Source: an uncultured Gemmatimonadaceae bacterium
GTDB lineage: Bacteria > Gemmatimonadota > Gemmatimonadetes > Gemmatimonadales > Gemmatimonadaceae
Assembly: GCA_963817955.1 (NCBI GenBank)
Contig: CAWFQK010000004.1
Span: forward strand, 1,280,001 to 1,344,000
Reading direction: 5' to 3'
Length of the DNA stretch: 64,000 bases
The translations under genes and the position numbers were made by a program. Below, one piece after another: positions 1-10,023 of this stretch; position 1 is the stretch's first letter, and each line of letters opens with the position of its first letter. The notes beneath the pieces were generated by a model. The model did no database searches, was not told where the DNA came from, and saw only the letters and a list, made by a program, of their open reading frames with translations.

Positions 1-432
1 CTCACGCGTTACATGCGTCAACGAAAGAACGTCGCCTGATGGCAAGAAGGCTCACACCTCCCAGCGCGACATAGACGGCTATTGTCGCGGATACTGCGAG
101 TGTCTGCTGAGGCTGATATTGAAAATCGCCTTTGTCGGCGCGCGCCGTGCCGCAGCTTCTGTCAGTAGTCTTACCGTTGCCACCACCACGATCGTCGTCC
201 ATGCCGGATTGATCACGGCCATCGCGAAATACGGAATGAATGCTATCGAGCCACTCGCAGACTGCGGGAGCACAAAGCTCAACATGTCGGCTGCGACAGC
301 AAGCGCCGTCAATACTGCAAGCGCGGTCCAGCTACCCGTGACGCTGGCCGGCGCGACAAGGAAGACCACCGCAGTAATGATTGCGGCGATCATTCCAATG
401 ACCGCGACGTAAACCCGTGTCCGGACTCGCAT
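1..432 (-). CDS. N-terminal multi-pass membrane sensor region (MASE-like, typically fused to HD-GYP/GGDEF); frameshifted near 110 and ending at the window edge
   Basis: ATG at 432 after GGGGGT RBS. Hydrophobic helices MRVRTRVYVAVIG...KAIFNIS continue in another frame as QQTLAVSATIAVYVALGG. No catalytic domain is visible. Confidence 0.5.
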
Positions 433-466
433 AAAGAATGACCCCCTGCCCTCACTCACGTCCAAA

Positions 467-517
467 TCACCCAGTCCTGCCCCACATAAAGTTCAGAGCT
501 TGGCTGATCTTTTTCAT
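467..517 (-). CDS. Small 16-aa peptide MKKISQALNFMWGRTG
   Basis: Hand-translated. Strong Shine-Dalgarno AAGGGGGTGA just upstream of the ATG; stops 34 nt before the membrane sensor start. Confidence 0.6.
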   Translation of the reverse strand: MKKISQALNFMWGRTG

Positions 518-743
518 AGTTGCGTCACCCCCTTGGTCCGTCAGTCACACGTCACCGTGTGCTCCAAAGTGAGCTCCGCTCAACTACCTGGACTGAATTG
601 TCCTCCGCTCGTCTCCGCTTCAGCGAGGGAGGGGGTCGTATTTGTAATTTCTTTGAATTAGGGAATCGTACGGTGGGAGATCCTGCGGTTCCATCTCTAC
701 CACCAACAACCGCACCGCGTCGTCGCGGCCTGTCGGAGGGGCC

Positions 744-1505
744 TTACCGGTCCAACCAGCGATTTGTCGCGTCCAGCACAGCCAGCACGCTCGCCGTCTC
801 CGGGCTCTCGCGAACCTCCGCGCTTCCCGTCATCAGCGAGCTCTCGCGACCTTGCCGAGTCGTGACACCCACGAACACGAACTCGTGCTCGAATGCCTCG
901 ATCAGTTTGCAGCCCTCCAGCGCCAGCACCCGCTCCTCACCGTCCCCCTCCGCCTGTCGAATGGCCGACAGGGTGGCGCGGGCAGCAAGCTCAATGCGAA
1001 GGCGTTCGTTCTCTATGCCCTCCGCTTCGCCGACGTACGACTGTTCACCCTTCTTCAGCGTAACTCGGCAGGCAATTCCCTTTGACCGCGAGCGGCGTAC
1101 TTCCACATCCTCAAAGTAGATCCGGCGGCGCGCAATAGCTGGTTCGGAGGGGGCCGTCCGCTCCATCACCGAGCCGGCGGAGCCGACGGGCGCGTACGCC
1201 ACGGTCGGCAAGTGCAACGGTGTACTGGAGTTACGCGGTGTCTTGTCGCTCTCGTTGGACATCGCCACGCTGATCTTCTTATGGCTCACGCGCATCCCCA
1301 AATGGGCGATCAGCGCGCTCTCAACGTTTCGAACGGTCTGCTTGGGCGTGACGTCGGTGCCCGTCAATATGTGGATCTCTTCTACCGATCCGTTGGTCCC
1401 CGCGACGATGCGCGCCGAGATTACCCCGGGCAATGTGCCCAGGAGCTCTTCAGCGCGCTGAATTGGCAATACGCTGCCGGCTATCAAATTGGATTCGCCT
1501 GGCAT
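744..1505 (-). CDS. Conserved hypothetical cytoplasmic protein (EEIHIL...PKQTVRNVESAL N-domain, low-complexity linker, C-domain ending AVLDATNRW)
   Basis: ORF 744..1775; globular-looking sequence starts at the ATG at 1505. Confidence 0.8.
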   Translation of the reverse strand: MPGESNLIAGSVLPIQRAEELLGTLPGVISARIVAGTNGSVEEIHILTGTDVTPKQTVRNVESALIAHLGMRVSHKKISVAMSNESDKTPRNSSTPLHLPTVAYAPVGSAGSVMERTAPSEPAIARRRIYFEDVEVRRSRSKGIACRVTLKKGEQSYVGEAEGIENERLRIELAARATLSAIRQAEGDGEERVLALEGCKLIEAFEHEFVFVGVTTRQGRESSLMTGSAEVRESPETASVLAVLDATNRWLDR

Positions 1506-1668
1506 CGTCGAGTTGTTGGCTGGCAGGGACAACACACGCTCCGGCGTCGAGACAGTATATCCGGCGTATGACGACCGCCGGCACTGGGGGTCACGGTCAG
1601 CGTCGACCTGGGGCAGGTACGGTGAATATGTGCGTCCCGAACGAACGAAGCAACCAGACAGCCTGGCC

Positions 1669-3222
1669 TCATTCCACCGCGTACTCGTACTCCGGCATTC
1701 GGTATTCCTTGATCTTGCGGTACAGTGTGCGCTCGCCAATGCCGAGCATCTCTGCCGCACGCCGCCGGTTGCCACGTGTCTCTTTCAGCACCAACTCGAT
1801 CGCCGAGCGCTCAATGTCCGCCATCTTCATCCCGGCCGCAATGACCACCACGTTTGGCGGCGGGGCCTGGTCGCGCGGCTCGATGGCCGGCGCCGTCGGT
1901 GCCACGATGGCCGGCGGATGAATTTCCCCCAGCCAACCGTCGTTCACCGGCACCTGATGATCGCCCACGCGGCGGCGTAGCTCTTCTACCTGAAGCCGGA
2001 GCTCGAGCAGGCTGCGCACGATGAACTCCAATTCGCGCCCGCTGGCGCTCTCCTGCCCGCGCACGATTGGCCCAACGTGTACGGGCAGAAAGCGTCCCTC
2101 AGGCCCTTCCTTTATCTGCCGCGGCAGGTCGCCCGGCTGGATCTCGCGCCCCGGCGACAGCACCACCATATTCTCGATGAGGTTCCGCAGCTCGCGCACG
2201 TTTCCCGGCCATGCATACTCCACGAGCTTCTGCATCGCCTCGGCGGAGATCCCGTGGAACGGCCGGTCGTGTTCGCGCGAGTAATCGTGAACGAACCGGC
2301 GCACGAGAAACGGAATGTCTTCCGGCCGTTCGCGAAGGGGCGGCAGGTAGATGCGCAGCACGTTGAGCCGGTAGAACAGGTCGGCCCTGAAGCGGCGCTC
2401 CTCCACCAGCTCGCGCAATGGCTGATTGGTGGCGGCAATGACGCGCACGTCCACCTTGATCGGCTGCACGCCACCCACTCGCATGAACTCGCGCTCCTCG
2501 AGCACGCGCAGGAACTTGACCTGTGTCGACGAAGGGATCTCACCGATCTCGTCGAGGAACAGTGTTCCGCTATCCGCCAGCTCGAATCGCCCCAGCCGGC
2601 GCTCGGCGGCGCCAGTAAACGCTCCCTTCTCGTGCCCGAACAACTCGCTCTCGAGCAGGCTCTCGGACAGCGCGCCGACGTTCACGGCAATGAATGGCTT
2701 GTTGCGCCGGTTGCTGAGCAATCGGATGGCCCGTGCCACGAGCTCCTTGCCGGTGCCGCTCTCGCCTTCAATGAGCACGGTGCTCGAGACGGGCGCCATC
2801 TGCTCCACCTGCACCATCACCTCGCGCATGCCGTCGCTCTCGCCAATCAACCCCGTGAGCCGCTGAAGCCGCCGGCGCTCGAGTATGCGACGCACCCCGC
2901 CAAGGACTTCGTCCACATTCACCGGCTTGGGAAACAGGTCGACGAAGCCGACGGTGCGCAGGCGCTCCAGCTGCGCCGGATCGACGTTGTCGGCCAGCCC
3001 CACGGCCGCTGCACCCTCCCAGAGCTGTTCCTTGACGATGGCTGCCGTGGACGAGTCGGCGAGCTCGCCGCTGAACACGATCAGATCGGGTTTCTCGCGC
3101 TTGAGCGCCGCGCGAATGTCGTCGAGCGGCGACACCAGCGCGGTCTCGACGCCATCGCGCTCGAGGAGCGCGTTGAGCCGAACCGCCGGCTCGACGTCAT
3201 TCAGCGTGAGAAGAACCTTCAT
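1669..3222 (-). CDS. Sigma54-dependent enhancer-binding protein with degenerate receiver domain
   Basis: Walker A GESGTGKE, GAFTGA loop, LFLDEI, WPGNVREL, C-terminal Fis-type HTH. Confidence 0.92.
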   Translation of the reverse strand: MKVLLTLNDVEPAVRLNALLERDGVETALVSPLDDIRAALKREKPDLIVFSGELADSSTAAIVKEQLWEGAAAVGLADNVDPAQLERLRTVGFVDLFPKPVNVDEVLGGVRRILERRRLQRLTGLIGESDGMREVMVQVEQMAPVSSTVLIEGESGTGKELVARAIRLLSNRRNKPFIAVNVGALSESLLESELFGHEKGAFTGAAERRLGRFELADSGTLFLDEIGEIPSSTQVKFLRVLEEREFMRVGGVQPIKVDVRVIAATNQPLRELVEERRFRADLFYRLNVLRIYLPPLRERPEDIPFLVRRFVHDYSREHDRPFHGISAEAMQKLVEYAWPGNVRELRNLIENMVVLSPGREIQPGDLPRQIKEGPEGRFLPVHVGPIVRGQESASGRELEFIVRSLLELRLQVEELRRRVGDHQVPVNDGWLGEIHPPAIVAPTAPAIEPRDQAPPPNVVVIAAGMKMADIERSAIELVLKETRGNRRRAAEMLGIGERTLYRKIKEYRMPEYEYAVE

Positions 3223-3262
3223 GGCAATGGGAACAGGGCGATGGACAGTGGGCGAAGCAGCG

Positions 3263-3748
3263 TCACCCGGCGTGATCGTAATGATCGGCGCAGAGAACGG
3301 TGAGCGCATGGTCGATGATCGGATCCAGAGCAGCCAGGCCGTCAGTCACGCCGCTCGTCGATCCCGGCAGGTTCACTATAAGCGTTTTCTTACGGACGCC
3401 GCTCAGTCCACGCGACAGGGCGGCCCGCGGAAAGGTTTGTAGCGACAGCACGCGAATGCGCTCGGCAATGCCCGGCGCCTCGCGTTCGATCACGGCTCGC
3501 GTCGCCTCTGGCGTGACGTCGCGCGGGCCAAGTCCGGTACCGCCAGTGGTGAGCACCAGATCGGCAGCTTTGGTGTCGCACCAGCGGGTGAGCGCATCGG
3601 TAATCCGAACCGGTTCGTCGGGGACGAGCGCGCGGAGCACGATCTCATAGCCGCGCGCTGTTCCCCATGCTGCAACTGCATCCCCCGACGTGTCGGCGCG
3701 CTCACCGCGCGCGCCGGCGTCGGAGATGGTCAGAATAGCTAGACGCAT
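3263..3748 (-). CDS. mog: MogA/MoaB molybdopterin adenylyltransferase
   Basis: TISD, TTGGTGLGPRDVTPEA and NLPGS motifs. Confidence 0.9.
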   Translation of the reverse strand: MRLAILTISDAGARGERADTSGDAVAAWGTARGYEIVLRALVPDEPVRITDALTRWCDTKAADLVLTTGGTGLGPRDVTPEATRAVIEREAPGIAERIRVLSLQTFPRAALSRGLSGVRKKTLIVNLPGSTSGVTDGLAALDPIIDHALTVLCADHYDHAG

Positions 3749-3779
3749 GCGATGGGCGATTTACTATCGCCTACCGGCA

Positions 3780-4892
3780 TTACAGGTGCGATGCATCCTT
3801 GTAGAACGGCGGCTTGACGACCGTGGCCGTGGCGCGCTTGCCGCGAATCTCGATCTCGAACGTGCTGCCTTCCTTGGACGATTCCGTCGGCACGTAGCAG
3901 GTGCCAATGGGATAGCCAAGCGTGGGACTCTGGGTGCCGCTGCACACCAAACCGCTCGGCTGGCCGTTCACGAACACCGGGTAGCCATGGCGCGCAATGT
4001 TGCCACGCTCGAGCGTGAAGCCGACGAGCTTCTTCGTGACGCCCTTTGCCTTCTGCTCGTTGAGCACCCGGCTTCCAACGAACTCGCCCTTCTTGAGCTT
4101 CACCAGCCAGGCGAGGTTCGCCTCCAGAGGGGTGACGGTGTCGTCGATGTCGTTGCCATAGAGCGCCATGCCCATTTCCAGACGCAGGGTGTCGCGGCAA
4201 CCAAGTCCAACCGGGCTCACGTCCCCAGCGGCCATCAACACGTCCCAGAGGCGCTCGGCATACTGCACGTCATGGTACAGCTCGAAGCCATCCTCGCCCG
4301 TGTACCCGGTGCGCGAGATGATCATCGGCATGCCGGCCACTGAACCTTCGGCAAAGTGGTAGTACCCGATCGTCGACAGGTCGGTCTTCGTCAGCGGTTG
4401 GAGGATGCTGGCGGCGAGCGGACCCTGCAGCGCCAGGAGCCCCATGTCTTCGCTCACGTCCTCGACAGTCACGCCGAACTTGGCCGCGTGCTGCACGATA
4501 TGGGCGTAATCCTTGGCAACGTTCGATGCGTTTACGACCATCATGATGTGGTCGGGAAAGCGATAAACGAGGCAGTCGTCCTCGATCGTGCCGCGCTCGT
4601 TGAGGATGGTGGAATAGTGAACCTGCCCGATGGCCAGCGCCGCGACGTCGTTCGTCGTGACATACGTCGTGAACTCCACGGCCCGTTCGCCGCGGATCAT
4701 GAACTCACCCATATGGGACACGTCGAACAAGCCGCATCGCTCGCGCACGGCTTTGTGCTCGGCCGTAATGCCCTGGGGGTATTGGACCGGCATCTCGTAG
4801 CCGGCGAAAGGAACGATTTTCGCGCCGAGCGCGACGTGCTTCTCGTAGAACGGTGTGCGCTTGAGCACTCCCGTATCGGTGGCTGTTGTCAT
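3780..4892 (-). CDS. gcvT: Glycine cleavage system aminomethyltransferase
   Basis: LKRTP, FAGYEMPVQY, GLFDVSHMGE, SRTGYTGEDGFE, RDTLRLE. Confidence 0.96.
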   Translation of the reverse strand: MTTATDTGVLKRTPFYEKHVALGAKIVPFAGYEMPVQYPQGITAEHKAVRERCGLFDVSHMGEFMIRGERAVEFTTYVTTNDVAALAIGQVHYSTILNERGTIEDDCLVYRFPDHIMMVVNASNVAKDYAHIVQHAAKFGVTVEDVSEDMGLLALQGPLAASILQPLTKTDLSTIGYYHFAEGSVAGMPMIISRTGYTGEDGFELYHDVQYAERLWDVLMAAGDVSPVGLGCRDTLRLEMGMALYGNDIDDTVTPLEANLAWLVKLKKGEFVGSRVLNEQKAKGVTKKLVGFTLERGNIARHGYPVFVNGQPSGLVCSGTQSPTLGYPIGTCYVPTESSKEGSTFEIEIRGKRATATVVKPPFYKDASHL

Positions 4893-5070
4893 GGGCAGGA
4901 ATATGCCGAAAAGACAGGTTGAGGGGTAGAAGGCATCTTCCTGGCCTTCTGGCGGGCTTCTCGCTTGGGATCCCCTCCTGCCCATTGTCAGGCGATGGCC
5001 GACTGACAGTGCGCGTGCACATCACGCAGGATTCGATAAATGGTCTGACCCGGTCCCTGGCGAAAGCGTT

Positions 5071-6519
5071 ATGACCGTACTCATCACCGAAACGGTACAG
5101 CGGGCGGACGACGTGCCGCTGCGGTCCGTGCTCGAGCGCCAACGCACCGCGTTCAACGCGGGCGCTCCGGACTACGAACGTCGCATGCAGGCGCTCCGCT
5201 CATTGCGGGATGGCCTGGAGTCGCGTGCCGACGCGCTCGCGGCGGCGATCTCGGAGGATTTCGGCGGACGATCGCCGAACGAGACGTACATGCTCGAGCT
5301 CCTGCCGCTGTTCGATCAGATTCGTCACGCCAAGAGCAGCCTGGCTGGCTGGATGAAGGCGCGGCGCGTGTCACCCACCTGGTTTCTGCGGCCTTCTCGG
5401 GCCTACGTCATCCATCAGCCGCTGGGCGTGGTGGGCGTCATTGGCGCATGGAACTATCCGTTGCTGCTCACCCTCGGTCCGCTGATCGATGCATTGGCTG
5501 CGGGCAACCACGTCATGCTCAAGCCGTCTGAGGCGACGCCTCTGACCGCGGCGGCGATCGCCGAGCTCATGGGAACGCTGTACCCGCCGGACTACGTCAC
5601 CACAGTGACCGGCGGACCGGATGTGGCGGCGGAATTCAGCGCGCTACCCTTCGATCATCTCATGTTCACCGGTTCCACGTCGATCGGTCGCCTGGTGATG
5701 CGCGCCGCGGGCGCCAACCTCACACCCGTGACGTTGGAGCTCGGCGGCAAATCGCCGGCTATCGTGCATGAGAGCTATCCGCTGGAGCGCGCGTTGCGCC
5801 GCATTCTCAGTGGCAAGTTGTTCAACGCCGGACAGACGTGCGTTGCACCCGACTATCTGCTCGTTCCACATGGACGCGAAGCGGAGATCGAAACTCTCGC
5901 CAGGTCGATCGTCGCGGAACTCTATCCCAGGTTGGTGGACAACGCGGATTACACGCGCATCCTGAGCCGAGACCACTACCAGCGGTTGATCGCGGTGCTG
6001 GCCAATGCCACAGCTCACGACGCTCGCGTCGTGACGATCAACCCGGCGAATGAACCGTGCAGCATCGCCAATAAAGTGTTTCCGCCAACGTTGGTCTTTG
6101 GCGCGCCGGACCACGCTGAGCTGATGCGCGATGAGATCTTTGGACCGATTCTGCCGATCGTCGGGTACCGCTCCCTGAACGACGCCATCGCGTTCGTGAA
6201 CGCCAGACCACGGCCGCTGGCACTGTACTACTTCGACAACTCGCGCTCACGAGCCCGCTCGGTGGTACAACGGACAACGTCCGGCGGCGTGCTGGTGAAC
6301 GACGTGGTGCTCCACCTCGGCCAGCACAACCTGCCTTTTGGGGGCGTGGGTCCCAGCGGCATGGGACAGTATCACGGGTTTGACGGATTCCAGACGTTCT
6401 CCAAGAAGAAGGGCGTGATGATCCAATCACGCTGGTCGTTCGCCGGGATACTGGCTCCGCCATTCACCGACCGCACCCGCGCGTTGATTCGCCGATTGAT
6501 TCGGCTCAGCGCGCATTAG
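5071..6519 (+). CDS. Aldehyde dehydrogenase, ALDH3/coniferyl-aldehyde dehydrogenase-like
   Basis: WNYP, KPSE, FTGST, LELGGKSP, NAGQTCVAPDY, EIFGP, PFGGVGPSGMGQYHG. Confidence 0.92.
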   Translation: MTVLITETVQRADDVPLRSVLERQRTAFNAGAPDYERRMQALRSLRDGLESRADALAAAISEDFGGRSPNETYMLELLPLFDQIRHAKSSLAGWMKARRVSPTWFLRPSRAYVIHQPLGVVGVIGAWNYPLLLTLGPLIDALAAGNHVMLKPSEATPLTAAAIAELMGTLYPPDYVTTVTGGPDVAAEFSALPFDHLMFTGSTSIGRLVMRAAGANLTPVTLELGGKSPAIVHESYPLERALRRILSGKLFNAGQTCVAPDYLLVPHGREAEIETLARSIVAELYPRLVDNADYTRILSRDHYQRLIAVLANATAHDARVVTINPANEPCSIANKVFPPTLVFGAPDHAELMRDEIFGPILPIVGYRSLNDAIAFVNARPRPLALYYFDNSRSRARSVVQRTTSGGVLVNDVVLHLGQHNLPFGGVGPSGMGQYHGFDGFQTFSKKKGVMIQSRWSFAGILAPPFTDRTRALIRRLIRLSAH

Positions 6520-6539
6520 GAGAGGATCGGAACAGACAG

Positions 6540-8204
6540 ATGCAGAGCCCGACAACGTACGACTTCGTCATCGTTGGCTCCGGCTTCGGCGGGAGCGTGT
6601 GTGCCATGCGGTTGTCCGAACGCGGCTATAGAGTGCTCGTCCTGGAGCGCGGCAAGCGGTTTCGCGATGAGGATTTTGCGCGCTCCACCTGGAACGTGCG
6701 CCGCTACTTGTGGGCGCCGTTGCTCCGGTGCTTCGGCATTCTGCAGATCAGTCCCTTCAAGGACGTGTGGGTGCTTCACGGATCGGGCGTAGGGGGCGGG
6801 AGCCTTGGGTATGCCAATGTGCTCATGCAACCGAGCGACGAGCTGTTCGCCGCGCCCGCCTGGCGCCATCTCGCGGACTGGAAGACGCTCCTCACGCCAC
6901 ACTTCGACACCGCGCGACGCATGCTCGGTGTGGCGCCCAATCCCAAGCTCTGGCCGGCGGACGACGTCTTGCGCGAGATCGCGGGCGAGCTCGGCACGAG
7001 CAACACATTCGCGCCAACGACGGTGGGTACCTTTTTCGGCGAGCCGGGCCGCGAAGGCGAGCTCGTGGCTGATCCGTACTTTGGCGGCGCGGGTCCCGAG
7101 CGGCGCGGCTGCATCCATTGCGGCGCCTGCATGGTGGGCTGTCGCGAGAACGCCAAGAACACGCTTCCAAAGAACTACTTGTACTTTGCCCAGGCGCATG
7201 GTGCCGAGATTCGCGCGGAGTGCGAGGTGCGAGACATCGTGCCGCTCGGCGAAGACCGGGACGGCGCACGGTACGCGGTACGCTTCCGCCGCTCGACGGC
7301 ACTCTTTGCGACGAAGGAGCAGAGCGTCCACGCGCGCAACGTCATCGTCGCGGCCGGCGCGCTCGGGAGCGTGGGGCTGCTCTTCCGCTGCCGCGACGTC
7401 ACCCGCTCGCTCCCCCTCATCTCGCGGCGTCTGGGCGACTCAGTGCGCACGAACAGCGAGGCTATCCTGGGGAGCGTGTGCCGCGACAGAACGGTGGACT
7501 ACTCGAAGGGTATCGCGATCACGTCGGTGATGAGCGCGGACGCCGAGACCACGATCGAGCCGGTGCGCTATCCGGCGGGATCGTCGATGATGCGCTTTCT
7601 TGGCGGACCAATGGTGGAGGGGAACACGCTGCTCACGCGTCTGCTGAAATCCGCCGCGCATCTGGTGCGCCATCCCATGGATTTCTTGCGCACGCACGTG
7701 GCGCCTGGATGGGCCGAGCGCAGTACCGTGCTGCTGGTGATGCAGACAATCGACAATCGCATAAAGCTGCGCCTGGGGCGCAGCGCACTGACCGGATTCC
7801 GACGCGGGCTTGTGAGCGAGCGAGATGAGATGAGCGCCGCGCGCGGATCCACGGCGGTGGGCAAAGACGTGGGCGAGCGGTTTGCCAACCGCACGAACGG
7901 CATACTCACGGGATCGATCAACGAAGGGTTGTTCGGCACGCCACTCACGGCGCACATCCTGGGTGGCTGTCCGTTCGGGCGCGACGCTGAGGAAGGTGTG
8001 GTCGACCTCAACTGTCAGGTTCACGGACATCAGGGAATTTTCGTGGTGGATGGCTCGATTGTGCCGGCGAATCCCGGCGTGAATCCGAGTCTCACGATCA
8101 CCGCGCTTGCCGAGTATGCAGCAACGCGCATTGCATCCACGAGCGAACCGCCGATCCCGCACCGGTCAGCGGCCAATTCCCTACAGACGACGGCCGGCAC
8201 GTGA
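6540..8204 (+). CDS. GMC-family FAD oxidoreductase, cholesterol oxidase (ChoD)-like
   Basis: IVGSGFGG, ERG, GVGGGSL, CIHCGACMVGC, HILGGC, NPGVNPSLTI. Confidence 0.9.
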   Translation: MQSPTTYDFVIVGSGFGGSVCAMRLSERGYRVLVLERGKRFRDEDFARSTWNVRRYLWAPLLRCFGILQISPFKDVWVLHGSGVGGGSLGYANVLMQPSDELFAAPAWRHLADWKTLLTPHFDTARRMLGVAPNPKLWPADDVLREIAGELGTSNTFAPTTVGTFFGEPGREGELVADPYFGGAGPERRGCIHCGACMVGCRENAKNTLPKNYLYFAQAHGAEIRAECEVRDIVPLGEDRDGARYAVRFRRSTALFATKEQSVHARNVIVAAGALGSVGLLFRCRDVTRSLPLISRRLGDSVRTNSEAILGSVCRDRTVDYSKGIAITSVMSADAETTIEPVRYPAGSSMMRFLGGPMVEGNTLLTRLLKSAAHLVRHPMDFLRTHVAPGWAERSTVLLVMQTIDNRIKLRLGRSALTGFRRGLVSERDEMSAARGSTAVGKDVGERFANRTNGILTGSINEGLFGTPLTAHILGGCPFGRDAEEGVVDLNCQVHGHQGIFVVDGSIVPANPGVNPSLTITALAEYAATRIASTSEPPIPHRSAANSLQTTAGT

Positions 8205-8284
8205 GCAAAGTTGAATTGCAGGACCACGGCAGTCTCATTCGCGCGACCGGCGCTCTACACGACGAACAGCATGGAGACGTGACA

Positions 8285-8722
8285 ATGCCCAACAAAGCCA
8301 TCGTGAAAACGCGGCAGATGCCCCTCATCCGAGATTCGGCCAATCAGATCTGGCTGGCCGGACTGGGCGCTCTGTCACTCGCCGAGGACGAGACCGGCAA
8401 GGTGTTCAAGAATCTCGTCAGGCGTGGCAGGACGTTCGAGCAGAGCACCAAGGGTCGTGTCGATCAGCTCAAGGCGAAGCTCGATATGCGTAAGGCGGCA
8501 GGGAATGCCGTGGACAAGATCGGCGACACATTAGACGGCGGCGTCAGCGACGTCCTTCATCGCCTTGGTCTCCCCAGCAAGAAGGAGATCGAAGGCCTGA
8601 GCAAACGCGTCGAGCGGCTGACGAAGACGCTCGAGACGACTCCCACGAAGTCGACACGCCGTCGTTCGACTACGAAGCGTCGTGTAACGTCCGGCGCGTC
8701 GCATCGCGCCACGTCGATGTAA
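8285..8722 (+). CDS. Phasin / PHA granule-associated protein (PhaF/PhaI-like)
   Basis: QIWLAGLGA, FKNLVRRG, LHRLGLPSKKEIEGLSKRVERL, basic tail; GGAGA RBS before the ATG at 8285. Confidence 0.85.
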   Translation: MPNKAIVKTRQMPLIRDSANQIWLAGLGALSLAEDETGKVFKNLVRRGRTFEQSTKGRVDQLKAKLDMRKAAGNAVDKIGDTLDGGVSDVLHRLGLPSKKEIEGLSKRVERLTKTLETTPTKSTRRRSTTKRRVTSGASHRATSM

Positions 8723-8732
8723 CACGGGCGCA

Positions 8733-10023
8733 ATGCCACGGAGACGCCGTAGCTCCTCGCGAGGGAAGGTTGGACTCGCCCTCGCGGGGGGCGGCCCCGT
8801 CGGCGCGATGTACGAAATTGGCGCACTCCGGGCACTGGAAGAGGCCGTCGACGGCCTCGACCTCACGGATTTGTGGAGCTACGTGGGCGTGAGCGCCGGC
8901 TCGTTCATCGCGGCTTGCCTGGCGAACGGATTCAGCACCAAAGCCATATCTGTCCGCCGTGCTGCTCGGCGACCGCGATCCACACGGGCTCAAGCCCGAG
9001 CTCTTCTTCACACCGGCGTACCGAGAGCTTGCACTGCGGGGGCTGAAACTGCCTCGTCTCGCTGCCGAAGCCGCGCTCCTGTTCACACGCTTCCCCACCC
9101 CGCGCGCGATCGGCGAAGCACTCGGGCTGCTCGCCCAGGCGCTTCCCGTCGGCATATTCGACAATGACCCGATGCGCCGGTATCTCGCCAAGTTGTTCTC
9201 GGAACCCGGCCGCACCGACGACTTTCGCGAACTCCGACATCCGCTCACTGTGGTGGCGGCGGATCTCTGCGCCGGAAAGCCGATCCGGTTCGGAGACACT
9301 GGACTGGATCACATCCCGATCTCGCTCGCGGTTCAGGCGAGCACAGCGGTGCCAGGGGTATATCCCCCCGTGACGATCGAAGGTCGCGACTGCGTGGACG
9401 GCGTACTCTTGAAGACCGTGCATGCGTCGGTCGCGCTCGAGCATGGCGCCGAGCTGCTCTTCTGCATCAACCCGATCGTGCCGGTGGACCTCAGCGCTGG
9501 CGCGGAGTCTGGCGCCGTTCCCGAGCACGTGCTCGTGCAACTCGGGCTGCCCGCGGTGTTATCGCAGACGTTCCGCACGCTGATCCACTCCCGCCTGCGG
9601 CTCGGCATTTCGCGCTACTCATCGCGTTTTCCGGACGCGGACGTGGTGCTCCTGGAGCCGCGCGCCGACGAATATGCCATGTTCTTCTCGAACATCTTCA
9701 GCTTTCGCACACGCCGTCTGATCTGCGAGCGTGGATACGCGGCGACCCGGCGAGATCTTCTCGGGCGGTTCAACGAACTGTCACCGGTGCTGCGCGGCCA
9801 CGGGTACACGCTGCTCCCAGACGTACTCCTCGACGAAACGCGCGACCTGTGGCGCGGCGCCGGACTCGATCCTGCCATGCACGCCGCCGCCAAATCCGAT
9901 CGCCTATCCGCGATCATCGCGCTGGATCGCAACCTGGCACGGATGGAGCGCGCGGCGGGAGTGGTCGCTCCGAGAGCCGCCAGACGAACGCACCCTCCTG
10001 CTCGCGGGCGGCGGCACGGCTGA
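8733..10023 (+). CDS. Patatin-like phospholipase, frameshifted near 8945-8958
   Basis: ALAGGG and GVSAG in the frame of 8733..9167; ASTAVPG and catalytic VDG in the frame of 8959..10023. Confidence 0.82.

Noticed and set aside
2..130. Programmed frameshift in the membrane sensor gene
   Set aside because: No slippery motif, it is at the window edge, and other indels in the window point to sequence error.
518..620. c-di-GMP riboswitch before the peptide gene
   Set aside because: No convincing class I or class II consensus.
4893..5070. Glycine riboswitch upstream of gcvT
   Set aside because: The conserved aptamer motifs were not recognisable by eye.
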